From assembly GCA_039208735.1 (NCBI GenBank), contig JBCCQY010000183.1:1-17856 (forward strand): 17,856 nt of DNA, written 5' to 3'. This document shows positions 16,702-17,856 of the stretch, in pieces. A model generated the notes under the pieces. The model saw only the letters and a list, made by a program, of their open reading frames with translations. It searched no databases and was not told the origin of the DNA. The DNA is from Myxococcota bacterium (lineage in GTDB: Bacteria; Myxococcota_A; UBA796; GCA-2862545). Numbering within the stretch: the first letter of the stretch is position 1; the number at the start of each line of letters is the position of its first letter. Both the position numbers and the translations under genes were made by a program.

Positions 16702-17214
16702 CTACGGGTTGCTCGCTTTGTAGGCTTTGAACTGGGGCAGCAGCGACGTGATGTTCTCGCCCGGGTGGGAGAGGGTGAACTCGAGCTGCTTGGCCTTCCG
16801 ATCGAAGAACACGCAGTTGGGCACAAGCTTGGTGACCTTACCCGTCTCGGTGGCGAGGGTCGCCAAGCTGTCCGACGTACACCACATCAGCGGACTCTTG
16901 CGGTCGTACTGAAAGATCTCCGCCGCTTCGAGGTTCGCAAACGTGCCGGTCCACTTGGCGTTGAGCATGCCGTTGTCTTCGTAGAGTTCGACCTTCACGT
17001 CCGTGATGCCTTCTTCGGGACTTGGATCTCGGGCCTCGGCAAGGAGGAACGCGAGGTCCTCGTCGGCCTTGGTCGCGTCGTTCGTGTGCAAGTTCTTCAG
17101 GATGACGGTGATTTGCTGGTTCTTCAGGTCGATCGAATAGCTGGCAGACTCGAACTCTGGGCAGCCCATCAGCGCAAGAGCAAGACCCGAAACGGCGAGG
17201 GAACGGCGCAACAT
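16702..17214 (-). CDS. Hypothetical lipoprotein (170 aa)
   Basis: MLRRSLAVSGLALALMGC has a basic n-region, a hydrophobic stretch and the lipobox LMGC. GGAGG RBS just upstream of ATG 17214. Codon pattern looks coding-like. Confidence 0.8.
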   Translation of the reverse strand: MLRRSLAVSGLALALMGCPEFESASYSIDLKNQQITVILKNLHTNDATKADEDLAFLLAEARDPSPEEGITDVKVELYEDNGMLNAKWTGTFANLEAAEIFQYDRKSPLMWCTSDSLATLATETGKVTKLVPNCVFFDRKAKQLEFTLSHPGENITSLLPQFKAYKASNP

Positions 17215-17241
17215 GCGACCTCCGAGGGTACGGCGCGGGCG

Positions 17242-17250
17242 AGCGTACCA
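17242..17250 (-). promoter_or_regulatory. Possible extended -10 element for the lipoprotein gene
   Basis: Minus strand TGGTACGCT matches TGnTAnnnT, about 27 bp upstream of ATG 17214. Confidence 0.3.
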
Positions 17251-17270
17251 CCCCCGAGGCGGTTCGCCCG

Positions 17271-17856
17271 TCATAGGCCAGGCAGCGGCACGAACTCGAC
17301 CTCGTCTCCAGGTACGAGAGGAAACCGACGGTGCCGCCAATCTTCTTTGGCCCGTTCGATGGCTTCGCGGTCGCTGGCCACGAAGTTCCACCAGATGTGG
17401 CGCGTTCCGTCGAGCGGATCCCCACCGATGAGCACCAGATGCACATCGTCCTCGGCCTCAATGGTCACATCAACGCCCTCTTCGAGGACCCACATCTCGG
17501 TGGCCCCATGCCCTGTGCCGGCGGTCTGTGCGTGCCCTGAGATGAGGTAAACGGCCCGCTCGCGAAGCATCGATCCCTCAAGGAGGAGCCGGGCTCCCGG
17601 CTGCAGGCGCACATCGACGTAGGCGAGCGGCGAGCGAACGGTCACCGGCGACCGAACTCCGAAGGCCTCCCCAGCCAGAACCCGCAAGAGACCTCCATCG
17701 ATCGGGACCTCGGGAATGCGATCCGCCGCGATGTGCTCAAACATCGGTTCTGAGTCTTCGTCCTTGGTGGGAAGGGCCACCCAGAGCTGCAAGCCGTGGG
17801 CAGGGCCCACCCCGCCCGCCCGTTCGGAATGGACGATTCCTCGTCCGGCATGCATC
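17271..17856 (-). CDS. Pirin-family protein (cupin), C-terminal part; 5' end outside the window
   Basis: Motifs MHAGRGIVHSE, HGLQLWVALP, LRVLAGEAFG..SPV, ERAVYLISG and RHIWWNFVAS...IERAKEDW...FPLVPGD. Confidence 0.95.
   Translation of the reverse strand, partial: MHAGRGIVHSERAGGVGPAHGLQLWVALPTKDEDSEPMFEHIAADRIPEVPIDGGLLRVLAGEAFGVRSPVTVRSPLAYVDVRLQPGARLLLEGSMLRERAVYLISGHAQTAGTGHGATEMWVLEEGVDVTIEAEDDVHLVLIGGDPLDGTRHIWWNFVASDREAIERAKEDWRHRRFPLVPGDEVEFVPLPGL

Noticed and set aside
17215..17391. N-terminal extension of the lipoprotein ORF
   Set aside because: It overlaps the pirin gene; the RBS and signal peptide place the start at 17214.

Overview
GC-rich bacterial window. The signalling-protein architectures suggest a Myxococcota-like organism, which is inference only. 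Left to right: a partial SDR oxidoreductase divergent from a LysR regulator; a ~100-bp Tn3-family transposase relic; an LCM-type SAM methyltransferase; then a minus-strand three-gene unit made of a PilZ protein with a long GNAT-like C-terminus, a V4R-like-sensor hybrid histidine kinase with a degenerate second kinase module, and a frame-disrupted formyltransferase-like gene. Next come a decayed IS256-family element and a ppsA/acs divergon. acs is followed on the same strand by an OmpR-family regulator, a HAMP sensor kinase, a Spy/CpxP-like (LTxxQ) protein, a lytic transglycosylase lipoprotein, a hypothetical protein and a DUF938 methyltransferase. The window ends with a convergent lipoprotein and a partial pirin. 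The best candidate for an undescribed system is the PilZ-GNAT / V4R-kinase / formyltransferase-like block lying between the two transposase relics. All family calls come from motif recognition by eye; no searches were run. No rRNA, tRNA or CRISPR array was seen.
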